A DNA stretch of 56,591 nucleotides, filler included, from Nitrospirae bacterium CG2_30_53_67 (GTDB lineage: Bacteria; CG2-30-53-67), in the NCBI GenBank assembly GCA_001873285.1. It is 4 parts of 4 records of this genome, joined end to end, with 100 filler letters (N's around TTAATTAATTAA, not from the genome) between each part and the next. Parts side by side here need not be neighbours in the genome. Positions count along the whole stretch, not along the records: positions 21,027 to 40,159 come from MNYV01000148.1; positions 40,260 to 56,591 come from MNYV01000073.1; 2 more parts are not named here. One strand, 5' to 3'. The translations under genes were made by a program, and so were the position numbers. The notes under the pieces are model-generated. The model had not been told where the DNA came from, made no database searches, and was given only the letters and a program-made list of their open reading frames with translations. Each line of letters starts with the position of its first letter. The first letter of the stretch is position 1. This document shows, piece after piece, positions 30,682-41,285 of this stretch.

Positions 30682-30882
30682 TCAATCGTTGACGGCTTCA
30701 TCCATCACATTTTCCACATCCACCAGGTGAGGTATCTTATTGACCATTCCCCATATTTCCGGAGTATCCTTGCGAATCACCCACTGCTGTGTCCTTTTCA
30801 GACCCAGGCCGCGGATGATTTCCTTGTGTTTTTTGGGCTTCCCGATCGGGCTTCTTTTCAGTGTGATCTTTAACTGTCCCAT
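30682..30882 (-). CDS. rpmD: 50S protein L30
   Basis: MGQLKITLKRSPIG...GMVNKIPHLV; start ATG 30882. Confidence 0.95.
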   Translation of the reverse strand: MGQLKITLKRSPIGKPKKHKEIIRGLGLKRTQQWVIRKDTPEIWGMVNKIPHLVDVENVMDEAVND

Positions 30883-30920
30883 GAGTCCATCAACCTTTCG
30901 TATCCACGGCCCGGTCCACG

Positions 30921-31451
30921 CTAAGCGGTCAATTCGTCCACAGTCTTGCCTCTGAGCTTTGCAATTTGTTCCACATCTCTCAATTTGAGCAGTCCATCCA
31001 TGACCGCGCGTACAGCATTGTAAGGATTGCTGGACCCGACGCATTTGGTCAGGATATCCTGGACACCGACCACTTCCAAAACGGCCCGCACACCCCCGCC
31101 GGCGATCAGGCCCGTCCCTTCGGAAGCCGGTTTCATGACCACTTCTCCGGCCCCATAATGCCCGATCACCTGATGAGGAATCGTCTTCGAGCGAAGGGAG
31201 ACCGTCACCATCTTTTTCTTGGCCTCCTCGATCCCTTTCCGGATGGCTTCCGGGACCTCATTGGCCTTGCCTTTGCCGTATCCCACGCTTCCTTTACCGT
31301 CACCGACAACCACAAGGGCGCTGAAACTGAAGCGTCTTCCGCCTTTTACGACTTTGGCCACACGGTTGATATGAACGATTTTATCGATCAGTTCGCCGGA
31401 TTGGTCATTCTTTTTCTCCAAAGAGTCCCTCCCTTTATTCATCATCCTCAT
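30921..31451 (-). CDS. rpsE: 30S protein S5 (start may be TTG 31421)
   Basis: [16 protein letters not shown]. Confidence 0.97.
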   Translation of the reverse strand: MRMMNKGRDSLEKKNDQSGELIDKIVHINRVAKVVKGGRRFSFSALVVVGDGKGSVGYGKGKANEVPEAIRKGIEEAKKKMVTVSLRSKTIPHQVIGHYGAGEVVMKPASEGTGLIAGGGVRAVLEVVGVQDILTKCVGSSNPYNAVRAVMDGLLKLRDVEQIAKLRGKTVDELTA

Positions 31452-31454
31452 TCC

Positions 31455-31820
31455 TTAGAATTTGAGCCCGGATTCCTTGGCGGCTTCGGCGAGAACCTTG
31501 ACACGCCCAAGAAATTTATAACCGCCGCGGTCAAAGACCACTTTCTTGATCCCTTTCTCCTGGGCCCGCCTTGCAATCTCCTGACCGACCCACTTCGCAG
31601 CTTCCTTTTTCCCGCCATCTACCTTCTGGTCCCGGAACACCGGATCCAAGGTAGATGCGCTTGCGATGGTATGGGAATGGATATCATCGATGACCTGCGC
31701 ATAGATATGCCGTGCGCTCCTGAAAACGGACAGTCTCGGACTTCCCTGAGCGCCGGACACCTTTTTCCGAACCCTCTGATGCCTTGCGATTCGGGCCACC
31801 CTCTTGGTATTTTTCTCCAC
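31455..31820 (-). CDS. rplR: 50S protein L18
   Basis: [16 protein letters not shown]. Confidence 0.97.
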   Translation of the reverse strand: MEKNTKRVARIARHQRVRKKVSGAQGSPRLSVFRSARHIYAQVIDDIHSHTIASASTLDPVFRDQKVDGGKKEAAKWVGQEIARRAQEKGIKKVVFDRGGYKFLGRVKVLAEAAKESGLKF

Positions 31821-31847
31821 GGTTCTTCTTCCCCTTTATGATCAGGC

Positions 31848-32381
31848 CTACTTGGTGGTCTTTCCGGCCTTTCTGATGATTCTTTCCTTCTGATACTTGA
31901 TCCCTTTGCCCTTATAGGGTTCCGGCCGGCGAAGGGCGCGGATGTTTGCCGCGGTCTGCCCCACGTCCTCCTTGTTGATCCCGGAAATGGTGATGATACT
32001 CTTCTCCACCAAGGCTTCCACCCCTTCCAGAAGCGGGAATAGAATGGAATGGGAATATCCGAGATTGAACTCCACGGACCGTCCCTTAACCTGCGCCTTG
32101 TATCCCACGCCATTGATCTCCAGAATCTTGGAAAAACCGCTTGTCACACCATGGACCATGTTGGCGATCAGATTCCGAATCAACCCATGAAAGGCGCGAT
32201 GTTCTCTGGAATCCGATGCGCGGTGGACCAGGATCTTTCCTTCCTGGAGTTCAACCGAGATATCCGGCGGGATTTTCCTCAAAAGGGTCCCTTTCGGCCC
32301 CTTGATCTCCAAGGTCGAATCCTTGAGCGCCGCCTTCACGCCTTTGGGCAGAATCACCGGCAATTTTCCTACTCTCGACAT
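31848..32381 (-). CDS. rplF: 50S protein L6
   Basis: MSRVGK, PEPYKGKGI. Confidence 0.97.
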   Translation of the reverse strand: MSRVGKLPVILPKGVKAALKDSTLEIKGPKGTLLRKIPPDISVELQEGKILVHRASDSREHRAFHGLIRNLIANMVHGVTSGFSKILEINGVGYKAQVKGRSVEFNLGYSHSILFPLLEGVEALVEKSIITISGINKEDVGQTAANIRALRRPEPYKGKGIKYQKERIIRKAGKTTK

Positions 32382-32469
32382 CTCTTTTTCCTTTAACCGT
32401 TAAACCGGAGAACCGTCTTCACCCCCGGCCGTTACACCTTTTTAAGGCAGGGTTAACAGATCGGATCTC

Positions 32470-32868
32470 CTACCAGACGGCGCACAACACCTCTCCACCC
32501 ACATGTTCTTTCCTGCACTGCCGGTCCGTGATCACCCCTTTGGGCGTTGAGAGGATCGCCACGCCCAAGCCGTTCCTGATGTTCGGGATCTCATCCACCT
32601 TCACATAGACCCGCATCCCAGGCTTGCTGATCCTGTCGATTCCGTGGATGACGCTCTCTTTCCCTTCCGGTTTCTTTAAGCTGATTCGTATCGTCCCCTG
32701 AGGACTATCCTTTAAAACCTTGAAGTTCTTGATGAAGCCTTCTTCCTTCAGGATCTTCGAGAGCGCAATCTTGATCTCCGAAGCCGGAACGTCCGTCTCT
32801 TGTTTTTGCGCCTTGACGGCATTCCGAATACGTGTGAGCATATCGGCTATGGGATCGGTCATGGACAT
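32470..32868 (-). CDS. rpsH: 30S protein S8
   Basis: DPIADMLTRIRNA, ISKPG, GGEV. Confidence 0.97.
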   Translation of the reverse strand: MSMTDPIADMLTRIRNAVKAQKQETDVPASEIKIALSKILKEEGFIKNFKVLKDSPQGTIRISLKKPEGKESVIHGIDRISKPGMRVYVKVDEIPNIRNGLGVAILSTPKGVITDRQCRKEHVGGEVLCAVW

Positions 32869-32905
32869 GCATGGACTCCTGTAATCATATTCCTTAAAAA
32901 TATTC

Positions 32906-33091
32906 CTACCAACTTGATTTCGTCACCCCGGGGATATCCCCTCTCAGGGCCAGCTGGCGAAAACAGATTCTGCAGAGCTCGAACCGGTTGATATACCCTC
33001 TCGGCCTGCCGCATATTCTGCATCGGTTGTATGCCCTGACCTTGAATTTCGGCTTCCTCTGCTGCTTGATGATTAAAGACGTCTTGGCCAA
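32906..33091 (-). CDS. rpsN: 30S protein S14 type Z
   Basis: 61 aa, RCRICGR...LCRICFR. Confidence 0.96.
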   Translation of the reverse strand: MAKTSLIIKQQRKPKFKVRAYNRCRICGRPRGYINRFELCRICFRQLALRGDIPGVTKSSW

Positions 33092-33145
33092 TCGTATTCC
33101 TCCATTTTTCCGTTTGAACGGTTCAGAGAGCCGGGTGACCTCCGG

Positions 33146-33685
33146 TTAATTCCTGAAAGGCATGTGAAAGCCCGACAACAAGGCCTTGGCCTCCTCGTCG
33201 GTCTTCGCCGACGTGACAATGATAATGTCCATCCCATGGACCTTCTCGACGTTGTCGTATTTGATCTCCGGGAAAATGCTCTGCTCCAAAAGACCCAAGG
33301 AATAGTTCCCGCGTCCGTCGAAGGACTTCCCGGGAACACCCCGGAAATCCCGGATGCGCGGAAGCGCCGTATTGATCAAACGATCCAGAAATTCATACAT
33401 CATGTTTTTGCGCAGGGTGACCTTGCATCCCACGGCCATGCCTTCCCGAAGCTTGAAATTCGCGATGGACTTCCTGGCCAGCGTGACCACCGGCTGCTGG
33501 CCGGTGATCTGACGAAGCTCAGCCACGGCCGATTCCAGGAGTTTTGGATTTTGAATCGCCTCTCCCATACCCACGTTCACCACGATCTTCATGAGACGGG
33601 GAACCTGCATCACACTGGAATATCCAAACTGCTTCATCAGCGATGGAACAATGTCTTTCTTGTAATTTTCCTTAAGCCTTGCCAT
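33146..33685 (-). CDS. rplE: 50S protein L5
   Basis: [22 protein letters not shown]. Confidence 0.97.
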   Translation of the reverse strand: MARLKENYKKDIVPSLMKQFGYSSVMQVPRLMKIVVNVGMGEAIQNPKLLESAVAELRQITGQQPVVTLARKSIANFKLREGMAVGCKVTLRKNMMYEFLDRLINTALPRIRDFRGVPGKSFDGRGNYSLGLLEQSIFPEIKYDNVEKVHGMDIIIVTSAKTDEEAKALLSGFHMPFRN

Positions 33686-33700
33686 GTTGATTCCCCGACG

Positions 33701-34021
33701 TTACGTCCGATCCAGCGGCTCTCCGCATTTGGCGCAGACCCGAATTTTTTTCTGATCTTCCAGTTTCTTATGCCTGCTCTTGACGGGCGCATCGCATTTT
33801 TCGCAGACCACCATCACATTGGCAGCGTGGATGCTCCCTTCCTTTTCTATGATCCCGCCCTGCTGGTTCTCCGCGCTGGGCCGGGTATGCCTCTTGATAT
33901 AGTTGACTTTCTCAATCACGAGACGGTCCCTTTCAGGGAAAACCCTGAGGACCTTTCCTCTCTTTCCCTTGTTTTTCCCGGCCATCACCTGGACCGTATC
34001 ATTTTTCTTTACCGCCGCCAT
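33701..34021 (-). CDS. rplX: 50S protein L24
   Basis: AGKNKGKRGKV, GGIIEKE. Confidence 0.96.
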   Translation of the reverse strand: MAAVKKNDTVQVMAGKNKGKRGKVLRVFPERDRLVIEKVNYIKRHTRPSAENQQGGIIEKEGSIHAANVMVVCEKCDAPVKSRHKKLEDQKKIRVCAKCGEPLDRT

Positions 34022-34093
34022 ATCTTTCTTCCATCCTGAAATGAACCCCCGACGCTTTCGGACGGGGAATCCTGCATCAACAAACCCGGCGCG

Positions 34094-34462
34094 CTACAGG
34101 ACCTCCGGGGCCAGAGAAATGATCCTCATGAAATTTTTCCACCTGAGCTCGCGTGTCACCGGACCAAAGATACGCGTCCCGACCGGCTCCATCTGAGCAT
34201 TGATGATCACAGCGGCATTGTCGTCAAATCGGATGCTGGATCCGTCCTTGCGTTTCAGGGCCCTCTTGGTCCTGACCACCACCGCCTTGACGACCGTGCC
34301 TTTTTTGACGTTCCCTCTCGGAATGGCTTCCTTTACGGACGCAACAATGATGTCTCCGACACGCGCATAACGGACCTTTGACCCGCCCATCACATGGATG
34401 CACATCAACTTCTTGGCGCCTGAATTGTCCGCCACGTTCAACGTGGTTTGAGGCTGGATCAT
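34094..34462 (-). CDS. rplN: 50S protein L14
   Basis: [23 protein letters not shown]. Confidence 0.97.
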   Translation of the reverse strand: MIQPQTTLNVADNSGAKKLMCIHVMGGSKVRYARVGDIIVASVKEAIPRGNVKKGTVVKAVVVRTKRALKRKDGSSIRFDDNAAVIINAQMEPVGTRIFGPVTRELRWKNFMRIISLAPEVL

Positions 34463-34498
34463 GGTTTCCTCCAAACTCCCTGAGAGATCCTCATCCGA

Positions 34499-34756
34499 TT
34501 ACTTCACCCGTTCCATGATCTGCACGACCCGAAAACGTTTCTCTTTGCTGAGCGGCCTGCATTCCAGGATTCGAACCGTATCGCCGATCCGGCATTCGTT
34601 CTTCGCATCATGGGCCTTGTACCGTTTGCTCTTCCTCATGATCTTCTTGTAGAGAGGGTGCATCATGGACCGCTGTACGGAAACCACAACGGTCTTGTCC
34701 ATCTTATTGCTGGTCACAACACCCCGCAGGCTTCTTTTCTTGCTTTGTTTTTCCAT
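34499..34756 (-). CDS. rpsQ: 30S protein S17
   Basis: [19 protein letters not shown]. Confidence 0.97.
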   Translation of the reverse strand: MEKQSKKRSLRGVVTSNKMDKTVVVSVQRSMMHPLYKKIMRKSKRYKAHDAKNECRIGDTVRILECRPLSKEKRFRVVQIMERVK

Positions 34757-34757
34757 G

Positions 34758-34955
34758 TCAACGAAGGCCTTTCAATTTTTCTTTCCGAATTGTGTTGACC
34801 CGCGCAATGTCTTTCCGGGCCTCCCGAATGCGCGCCGGACTGCTCATCTGCCCGGTCTCCTTCTGAAACCGCAGGTTGAGAAGTTCTGACAGCAGTTCCT
34901 TTTCCTTGGCATCGATCTCCTCGATGCTTAAATCCCTGATCTCTGAAGCTTTCAT
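34758..34955 (-). CDS. rpmC: 50S protein L29
   Basis: [23 protein letters not shown]. Confidence 0.96.
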   Translation of the reverse strand: MKASEIRDLSIEEIDAKEKELLSELLNLRFQKETGQMSSPARIREARKDIARVNTIRKEKLKGLR

Positions 34956-34959
34956 CTAA

Positions 34960-35122
34960 GTGGTCCTTTTCGTAAATATGGTGACGCACCGAGAGGGTCG
35001 CAGGGGCGGTTCATCAAGGCACGTGACCGAGGCGTACCCTCTGTGGCACGCCGCAGGGAGCGTAACGAAGATAAGCCGGCCCTGCGGCACTCGAATGCCA
35101 ACGTATTTACGAAACGGGCCAC
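34960..35122 (+). mobile_element. Family C MITE between rplP and rpmC
   Basis: GTGGTCCTTTTCGTAAATA ... TATTTACGAAACGGGCCAC; overlaps rplP stop codon. Confidence 0.9.
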
Positions 35123-35541
35123 TATGCAACCACCCCATGTTTGGAAATAATCTTCGTCTTGATCGGGAGCTTGCTGGCCGCCCGGTTCAGGGCATCCATC
35201 GCGATCTGCTCGGTGACGCCCTCCATCTCATAGAGAATTCTGCCGGGCTTCACCACCGCCACGTGATATTCAGGAGCGCCTTTGCCTTTGCCCATGCGGG
35301 TCTCCGCCGGTTTTTTGGTGACCGGCTTGTCCGGGAAAATCCGGATCCAGATCTTGCCGCCCCTCTTGACATAGCGTGTCATGGCAATTCGGGCCGCCTC
35401 AATCTGCTTACTCGTGATCCAGCCCATCTCCAGGGCCTGGAGCCCGTATTCCCCAAAATCAATGCTGACCCCGCCTTTGGCCTTCCCTCGGGCCCTTCCC
35501 TTCATCTGTTTTCTATATTTCTCTTTCTTGGGCATCAACAT
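35122..35541 (-). CDS. rplP: 50S protein L16
   Basis: [24 protein letters not shown]. Confidence 0.97.
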   Translation of the reverse strand: MLMPKKEKYRKQMKGRARGKAKGGVSIDFGEYGLQALEMGWITSKQIEAARIAMTRYVKRGGKIWIRIFPDKPVTKKPAETRMGKGKGAPEYHVAVVKPGRILYEMEGVTEQIAMDALNRAASKLPIKTKIISKHGVVA

Positions 35542-35598
35542 GATGCATCTGCTCCATTACAATTGGAGATGATCTCAAATTGTAAAATAAAAACGGAA

Positions 35599-36261
35599 TT
35601 ACAACGGCACCCCTTCGGTCTTGAGCTTCTTCTCCGGCTCCAGGATCTCTCCCTTGAAGACCCAGACCTTGACCCCGATCAGGCCGTATGTGGTCTGCGC
35701 CTCTGCAAATCCGTAGTCAATATCGGCGCGAAGCGTATGAAGCGGAACCCTGCCTTCCCGGTACCATTCCCGTCTCGCGATCTCGGCGCCGGCAAGGCGC
35801 CCGGCGCAATGGATCTTGATCCCCTTGGCGCCGAAACGCAGGGCGCTTGCCACACTCTTCTTCATGGCCCTGCGGAAGGCCACGCGCCGCTCGAGCTGGA
35901 GCGCTACGTTCTCTGCAATCAACTGGGCGTCCATCTCCGCTTTTCGGATCTCCCGGATATTCAGATAGATGTTCTTCTTGATCTTATTCTGAATGTCGGC
36001 CTTGAGCTTGTCGATCTCGGATCCTTTTTTCCCGATGATGATCCCGGGCCGGGCCGTATAGACATTCACCCGCACCTGTTTGGCGGCCCGCTCGATCTCC
36101 ACCCGGCCGATCCCGGCATGATAGAGTTTCTCCTTGATGAACTTGCGCAACTGCAGATCCTCATGAAGGAGTTCCGCATAGTCCTTCTTTGCAAACCACT
36201 TGGAGTTCCAGTCTTTGATATATCCCAGACGAAATCCTATAGGATGGACCTTCTGACCCAA
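35599..36261 (-). CDS. rpsC: 30S protein S3
   Basis: [22 protein letters not shown]. Confidence 0.97.
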   Translation of the reverse strand: MGQKVHPIGFRLGYIKDWNSKWFAKKDYAELLHEDLQLRKFIKEKLYHAGIGRVEIERAAKQVRVNVYTARPGIIIGKKGSEIDKLKADIQNKIKKNIYLNIREIRKAEMDAQLIAENVALQLERRVAFRRAMKKSVASALRFGAKGIKIHCAGRLAGAEIARREWYREGRVPLHTLRADIDYGFAEAQTTYGLIGVKVWVFKGEILEPEKKLKTEGVPL

Positions 36262-36281
36262 TGGATCACCCTCCTTTTCCC

Positions 36282-36611
36282 CTATTCAGAGACGACAATG
36301 GTTATATGACTCGTCCGTTTCCGGATCGGCGTTGCTCGTCCCATGGCCCTCGGCAAAAAACGCTTGATGGTCGGACCCGGATCTACAACGGCATACCGGA
36401 TCCGCAGCCTGTCCACGTCCTTCATCTCTTTTTGTTCCGCATTGGCCACCGCCGACTGTAAGAGCTTCTCGACCACCGGGGCCGCACGATGGGGGATGCT
36501 TCTCAGCAGGCCGATCGCTTCCTCCACCCGATGCCCACGTATGGCATCCACCACCAGCCTGACTTTTCTCGGCGATATGCGAACGAACCTTGCTACGGCT
36601 TTGACTTCCAT
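36282..36611 (-). CDS. rplV: 50S protein L22
   Basis: [23 protein letters not shown]. Confidence 0.97.
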   Translation of the reverse strand: MEVKAVARFVRISPRKVRLVVDAIRGHRVEEAIGLLRSIPHRAAPVVEKLLQSAVANAEQKEMKDVDRLRIRYAVVDPGPTIKRFLPRAMGRATPIRKRTSHITIVVSE

Positions 36612-36657
36612 GATTGATTCCTGAAAATTTGTCTCTTTGCGGCCGATCCCCTGCGCG

Positions 36658-36939
36658 TTATTTCGTCACTCCTGTGGACTTCTCCGACCGATGGCCCCGG
36701 AAGGTCCTCGTCGCTGAAAACTCGCCCAGCTTGTGGCCGACCATATTTTCCGTAATGAAAACCGGAATGAACTTCATCCCGTTATGCACAGCGATGGTAT
36801 GACCGATCATGTCCGGCGTGATCATTGAACGGCGCGACCAAGTCTTGATGATCTCCCGGCCGCCGCTTTCGTTCATCTTACGGATCTTGTTCTCCAGATG
36901 TAGGTCCACAAAAGGGCCCTTTTTCACCGATCGTGCCAC
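36658..36939 (-). CDS. rpsS: 30S protein S19
   Basis: [22 protein letters not shown]. Confidence 0.97.
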   Translation of the reverse strand: MARSVKKGPFVDLHLENKIRKMNESGGREIIKTWSRRSMITPDMIGHTIAVHNGMKFIPVFITENMVGHKLGEFSATRTFRGHRSEKSTGVTK

Positions 36940-36949
36940 ATCAGCCTCC

Positions 36950-37774
36950 TTATCCTCTCTTCTTTATAATGAATCGGTCGGTGCGATGCTTCTTCTTGCG
37001 CGTCTTATATCCCTTGGTGGGAACCCCCCAAGGGGTCACCGGGTGCCGGCCGCCCGAGGTCTTCCCTTCGCCCCCTCCATGGGGATGGTCCACCGGATTC
37101 ATGGCTACGCCCCTCACCTTGGGGCGCATGCCCAGCCACCTTGCGCGGCCGGCCTTGCCGATGGAAATGTTCTCGTGATCCTGATTGCCCAGCTGCCCGA
37201 TCGTGGCCATGCAATCCTGCAGGATCTTGCGGACCTCGCCGGAAGGAAGGCGGACCAGAGCATATTTTCCTTCCTTGGCCATGATCTGGGCATAGGTCCC
37301 GGCGCTCCGGATGATCTGACCGCCCTTTCCCACACGGAGTTCAATGTTGTGGATCAGGGTCCCGAGCGGAATGTTCCGCAAAGGAAGCGCATTCCCGAGA
37401 CGGATATCCGCATCCTTCCCGGAGATGACTTCGTCGTTCACGTGCAGTCCTTCAGGGGCCAGGATGTAACGCCTCTCCCCGTCCCGGTACTTAAGGAGCG
37501 CAATCCGGGCAGACCGGTTCGGATCATATTCAATGGTCGCGACCTTGGAAGGAACGCCGATCTTATCGCGCCTGAAATCAATCACACGGTACCTGCGTTT
37601 ATGCCCCCCGCCCCTCCTCCTCATCGTGATCCGCCCGTAGACATTCCTCCCCGCGCTCTCAGTGAGAGGCCTCAGAAGGGGCTTATGAGGTTCTGAGCAG
37701 GTGATCTCTTCAAAATCAGAGACGGTCTGGAATCGTCTCCCCGGTGATGTCGGCTTGTAACGTATAATCCCCAT
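36950..37774 (-). CDS. rplB: 50S protein L2
   Basis: [21 protein letters not shown]. Confidence 0.97.
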   Translation of the reverse strand: MGIIRYKPTSPGRRFQTVSDFEEITCSEPHKPLLRPLTESAGRNVYGRITMRRRGGGHKRRYRVIDFRRDKIGVPSKVATIEYDPNRSARIALLKYRDGERRYILAPEGLHVNDEVISGKDADIRLGNALPLRNIPLGTLIHNIELRVGKGGQIIRSAGTYAQIMAKEGKYALVRLPSGEVRKILQDCMATIGQLGNQDHENISIGKAGRARWLGMRPKVRGVAMNPVDHPHGGGEGKTSGGRHPVTPWGVPTKGYKTRKKKHRTDRFIIKKRG

Positions 37775-37897
37775 CTTCTACTCCACTACTCCGCTTCGCA
37801 GAATCTTCTTCAGGCAGATCTATGCTCAACGTCTTAAAGGTGTCGTTGACTTATGACGCACTGTATAACAATCCGCCTCATGGTCAAGGCCGGCATA

Positions 37898-38188
37898 CTA
37901 CCCTTCCAGGTAGTCCACACGCTCTCCCGGCTTCAGGGTAACGATGGCCTTTTTCCAGTCCTTGCGCTTTCCGCGGCTGCTTTTGAACACCACGCGCTTT
38001 CCCTTTTGGTTCAGGATGTTGACCTTACTGACCTTGACCTTGAAGGCCCTTTCCACGGCTTTTTTGATCTCGATCCGGTTGGCAGCAGGAGAAACCTCAA
38101 AAAATATTTTATTCTCCTCTTCCTTGAGTTTCACATTTTTTTCCGTCACCAGGGGCCGGATCAGGGTCTGGTAATCATTCAGTTTCAT
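37898..38188 (-). CDS. rplW: 50S protein L23
   Basis: PLVTEK, IKKAVE, WKKAIVTL. Confidence 0.96.
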   Translation of the reverse strand: MKLNDYQTLIRPLVTEKNVKLKEEENKIFFEVSPAANRIEIKKAVERAFKVKVSKVNILNQKGKRVVFKSSRGKRKDWKKAIVTLKPGERVDYLEG

Positions 38189-38811
38189 GCCGACAATGCC
38201 TCCGAAATCTTTTCCACCGCGTCACGGGTCATCAGGACTTTTCCCATGTTCAAGAGATCATACACATTCACCCGCCCGGCCGTGAGCACGGCAATATCCG
38301 GGACATTCCTGCCGGACAAGATCACCGACTCCTGGGACTCTGCGGTCACAATCAGGGTCTTGCCTGAAAGGCCCAGATCCTTCAATATGCCGAGCAGGCT
38401 GCGCGTCTTCGGCGTTTCGATCTCCAGGCGTTCCACAATTTTCAGGTTACCCTCCATCACCTTGCTGGAGAGGGCGCTCTTCAGGGCCAGCTTGCGAACC
38501 TTCTTGGGAACCTTCAGGTCATACGTCCTGGGTTTCGGGCCGAACGTAATTCCTCCGCCGCGCCAAATCGGAGATCCACGGAAACCGGCCCTGGCCCTTC
38601 CGGTCCCCTTTTGACGATAGGGCTTGATGCTTGAATAGCTCACTTCGCCTCGGGTCTTGGTCGATGCCGTGCCCGCCCTCACTCCGGCCAGGTGCGAGCG
38701 GACCGCCAGAAACACGGCCCCTTTGTTCGGGCGGATACCGAAAATCTCATCCTTCAACTCCAGGGTCCCGACCTTTTTATTCTTCTGATCTACAACATCT
38801 ACGAACGGCAT
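38185..38811 (-). CDS. rplD: 50S protein L4
   Basis: QKGTGRARAG, GGGITFGPKP. Confidence 0.97.
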   Translation of the reverse strand: MPFVDVVDQKNKKVGTLELKDEIFGIRPNKGAVFLAVRSHLAGVRAGTASTKTRGEVSYSSIKPYRQKGTGRARAGFRGSPIWRGGGITFGPKPRTYDLKVPKKVRKLALKSALSSKVMEGNLKIVERLEIETPKTRSLLGILKDLGLSGKTLIVTAESQESVILSGRNVPDIAVLTAGRVNVYDLLNMGKVLMTRDAVEKISEALSA

Positions 38812-38827
38812 GGTTCTCTCCGGTTTT

Positions 38828-39487
38828 CTATTCTTTGCCCTTGGCCGCTGCTTCCTTCCCCGGCTTCTTCCTGATCCGCAAAATCCCGTTCTCTCCTCCA
38901 GGCACCGCGCCCTGGATCAGGATGATATTCTGGTCCGGAAGAATCTCCACCACTTTTAGATTCTTCACGGTCACCCGTTCTACGCCCATATGCCCGGCCA
39001 TGGGTTTCCCTTTAAAGATCTTGTTCGGGGTGGCATGGTGGCCGATTGAGCCGGGCGACCTGTGAAAACGAGAACCGTGCGACATAGGCCCGCCGCTGAA
39101 ACCATGCCTTTTCACCACGCCGGCAAACCCCTTTCCCTTGCTGATGCCGGTTACGGCAACCTCCTCTCCTGCAGCGAAGAGATCCGCCTTGAACTCCATG
39201 CCGACCTCTATGCCGGAGAGATCCGGAAGCCTCACCTCGCGCAGATGCCGGTACAGGGGAAGCCCGTTCTTTTTGCAGTGACCGGTCTCCGGCTTATTCA
39301 ACCGGTTCTTCCTGTTTTCTTCTTCAAAACCGAGCTGCACGGCATTATAGCCGTCCGTCTTCTCGCTCTTGATCTGGATGACCCGGCAGGGACCGGCCTG
39401 TACCACCGTTACAGGAATAAGCCGGCCTCCCTCTTTCTCAAAAACCTGGCTCATCCCGATCTTCTTCCCGATCAACTCGGTCATCAT
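38828..39487 (-). CDS. rplC: 50S protein L3
   Basis: GKKIGMSQ, SKGKGFAG, GAVPG. Confidence 0.97.
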   Translation of the reverse strand: MMTELIGKKIGMSQVFEKEGGRLIPVTVVQAGPCRVIQIKSEKTDGYNAVQLGFEEENRKNRLNKPETGHCKKNGLPLYRHLREVRLPDLSGIEVGMEFKADLFAAGEEVAVTGISKGKGFAGVVKRHGFSGGPMSHGSRFHRSPGSIGHHATPNKIFKGKPMAGHMGVERVTVKNLKVVEILPDQNIILIQGAVPGGENGILRIRKKPGKEAAAKGKE

Positions 39488-39519
39488 TGTTTTTACTTCT
39501 CCAGCTTCTTCAATATATG

Positions 39520-39620
39520 AGGGTTCAAGGGTTCAAGTAAAAGACCGGAACAAACGCTGGAAAGAAAGCGCTTGGACCCTTGACCCCTGGGCCCCTCGGC
39601 CCCTTGTATCTTGACCCCTG
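39520..39620. repeat. Family A-like relic: inverted octamer arrays without TIRs
   Basis: GGGTTCAA-GGGTTCAA ... TTGGACCC-TTGACCCC-TGGGCCCC-TCGGCCCC. Confidence 0.75.
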
Positions 39621-39626
39621 TGCCCA

Positions 39627-39932
39627 TTACAACTTGATCTCCACATCCACGCCGGCGGCGAGATCCAGTTTCATCAGCGCATCCACGGTCTGCGGCGTTG
39701 GTTCCAGGATGTCAATCAGCCGCTTGTGCGTCCGGATCTCGAACTGTTCCCTGGATTTTTTATCCACATGGGGGGATCTTAAGACGGTAAACTTTTCTAT
39801 CCGTGTGGGAAGGGGTATGGGTCCGGCTACTCTTGCGCCAGTCCGCTTTGCCGTCTCAACAATATCCAACACGGACTGATCCAGGAGCTTATAGTCATAG
39901 GCCTTCAGCCGAATGCGTATTTTCTGATCCAC
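39627..39932 (-). CDS. rpsJ: 30S protein S10
   Basis: [23 protein letters not shown]. Confidence 0.97.
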   Translation of the reverse strand: MDQKIRIRLKAYDYKLLDQSVLDIVETAKRTGARVAGPIPLPTRIEKFTVLRSPHVDKKSREQFEIRTHKRLIDILEPTPQTVDALMKLDLAAGVDVEIKL

Positions 39933-39950
39933 CTTCCCGACTCCTCTTAT

Positions 39951-40159
39951 TTATTCGATGATCTCGCTGATGACGCCGGCGCCTACGGTCCGCCCGCCTT
40001 CTCGGATGGCAAACCGAAGCTCTTTCTCCATGGCGATCGGGGTGATCAGCTCCACCTGAACCGATATGTTGTCCCCAGGCATGACCATCTCAACCCCTTC
40101 CGGAAGCGTCACCACGCCGGTCACGTCCGTGGTCCGAAAATAAAACTGGGGCCGGTATC
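39951..40159 (-). CDS. tuf: Elongation factor Tu, 3' end only
   Basis: [14 protein letters not shown]...MVMPGDN...[14 protein letters not shown]; cut by contig end. Confidence 0.97.
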
Positions 40160-40259
40160 NNNNNNNNNNNNNNNNNNNNNNNNNNNNNNNNNNNNNNNNN
40201 NNNTTAATTAATTAANNNNNNNNNNNNNNNNNNNNNNNNNNNNNNNNNNNNNNNNNNNN
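40160..40259. other. Artificial contig linker
   Basis: N44-TTAATTAATTAA-N44. Confidence 0.98.
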
Positions 40260-40338
40260 TCCCACCAGGGGAGGGGGAATATAACTTAGACCATCAAGTT
40301 TGGTAGTCGGGGAATGACAAGGTTGGTTATCGGATAAT

Positions 40339-40884
40339 ATGAAAACAACAGAGAAAGAAAAAAGCTCACTGGGCCTTTTGGAACGTCTCTACGTGGGCGA
40401 AGTGGTGAAGGGGCTCGCGATCACGGCAAGGCACTTCTTTCGCAATCTCTTCATTCATACGGCGCACCTGTTCGGCCTGATGAAAAGCAAGAAGGGGGCC
40501 GTGACCATCCAGTATCCTGAAGAGCGCCGGGTCATCCCCGCCGGATACCGGGCCCGGCATCGTCTGGTCCAAAGGGAAGACGGTTCCCCAAGGTGTGTGG
40601 CCTGCATGCTTTGCCCCACCATCTGTCCGGCGCAGTGCATCCATGTCCGCGCCGGTGAAAGCCGGGACCCTGCCATCGAGAAATATCCTGTGGAGTTTAA
40701 TATTGTTCTGGACCGCTGTATCATGTGCGGCCTCTGTGTGGAGGCCTGCCCCGTGGATGCCATCCGCATGGACACAGGCATCGTGGAGATGTCCGCCTAT
40801 GACCGGGAGGAGTTTGTCAATCGCAGGGATCTTCTTCTGAGCATGCACCCGCAAAAGCCCCCGCTCCCTGAAACCCGTCTATGA
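40339..40884 (+). CDS. nuoI: NuoI-like 2x[4Fe-4S] subunit
   Basis: VTIQYPEE, RARHRL, CVACMLCPTICP, CIMCGLCVEACP. Confidence 0.85.
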   Translation: MKTTEKEKSSLGLLERLYVGEVVKGLAITARHFFRNLFIHTAHLFGLMKSKKGAVTIQYPEERRVIPAGYRARHRLVQREDGSPRCVACMLCPTICPAQCIHVRAGESRDPAIEKYPVEFNIVLDRCIMCGLCVEACPVDAIRMDTGIVEMSAYDREEFVNRRDLLLSMHPQKPPLPETRL

Positions 40885-40991
40885 AATTGTGATCAGTGAC
40901 TTTTGTGATCCCTCACACCAAATATTTTTTTGAAGGTATGAAAGTTTATGGGTATTTCCCTGCTATGCTTGTAAGAGCAAATTCATAGTGC

Positions 40992-41034
40992 GACATTATA
41001 ATGTCTTGACATAACAACGTCATAGCGCTAAACT
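40992..41034 (+). promoter_or_regulatory. TA promoter with RHH-type operator repeats
   Basis: Palindrome GACATTATAATGTC then TTGACA-N17-TAAACT with further GACAT/GTCAT units. Confidence 0.65.
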
Positions 41035-41039
41035 CAGCC

Positions 41040-41285
41040 ATGGAGGTGACGAAAATGAGTGAAGCAAAACGGTCCACTATCTATTTTAAGCCGGAACTTC
41101 ACCGGGCCCTGCGATTGAAGGCGGTTCATACCCAGCGCAGTCTGTCTGACATCGTGAATGACGCAGTTCGGGTCATCCTGAGAGAGGATCAGGAAGATCT
41201 CGCTGCATTCGATGATCGTGCGAAGGAGCCCGCCATAACTTACGAGGCGTTGTTAAAAGATTTGAAGGCCCATGGCAAGATATAG
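41040..41285 (+). CDS. CopG/ribbon-helix-helix antitoxin (start probably 41055)
   Basis: KRSTIYF..ELHRALRLKA...SLSDIVNDAV; overlaps toxin. Confidence 0.85.
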   Translation: MEVTKMSEAKRSTIYFKPELHRALRLKAVHTQRSLSDIVNDAVRVILREDQEDLAAFDDRAKEPAITYEALLKDLKAHGKI

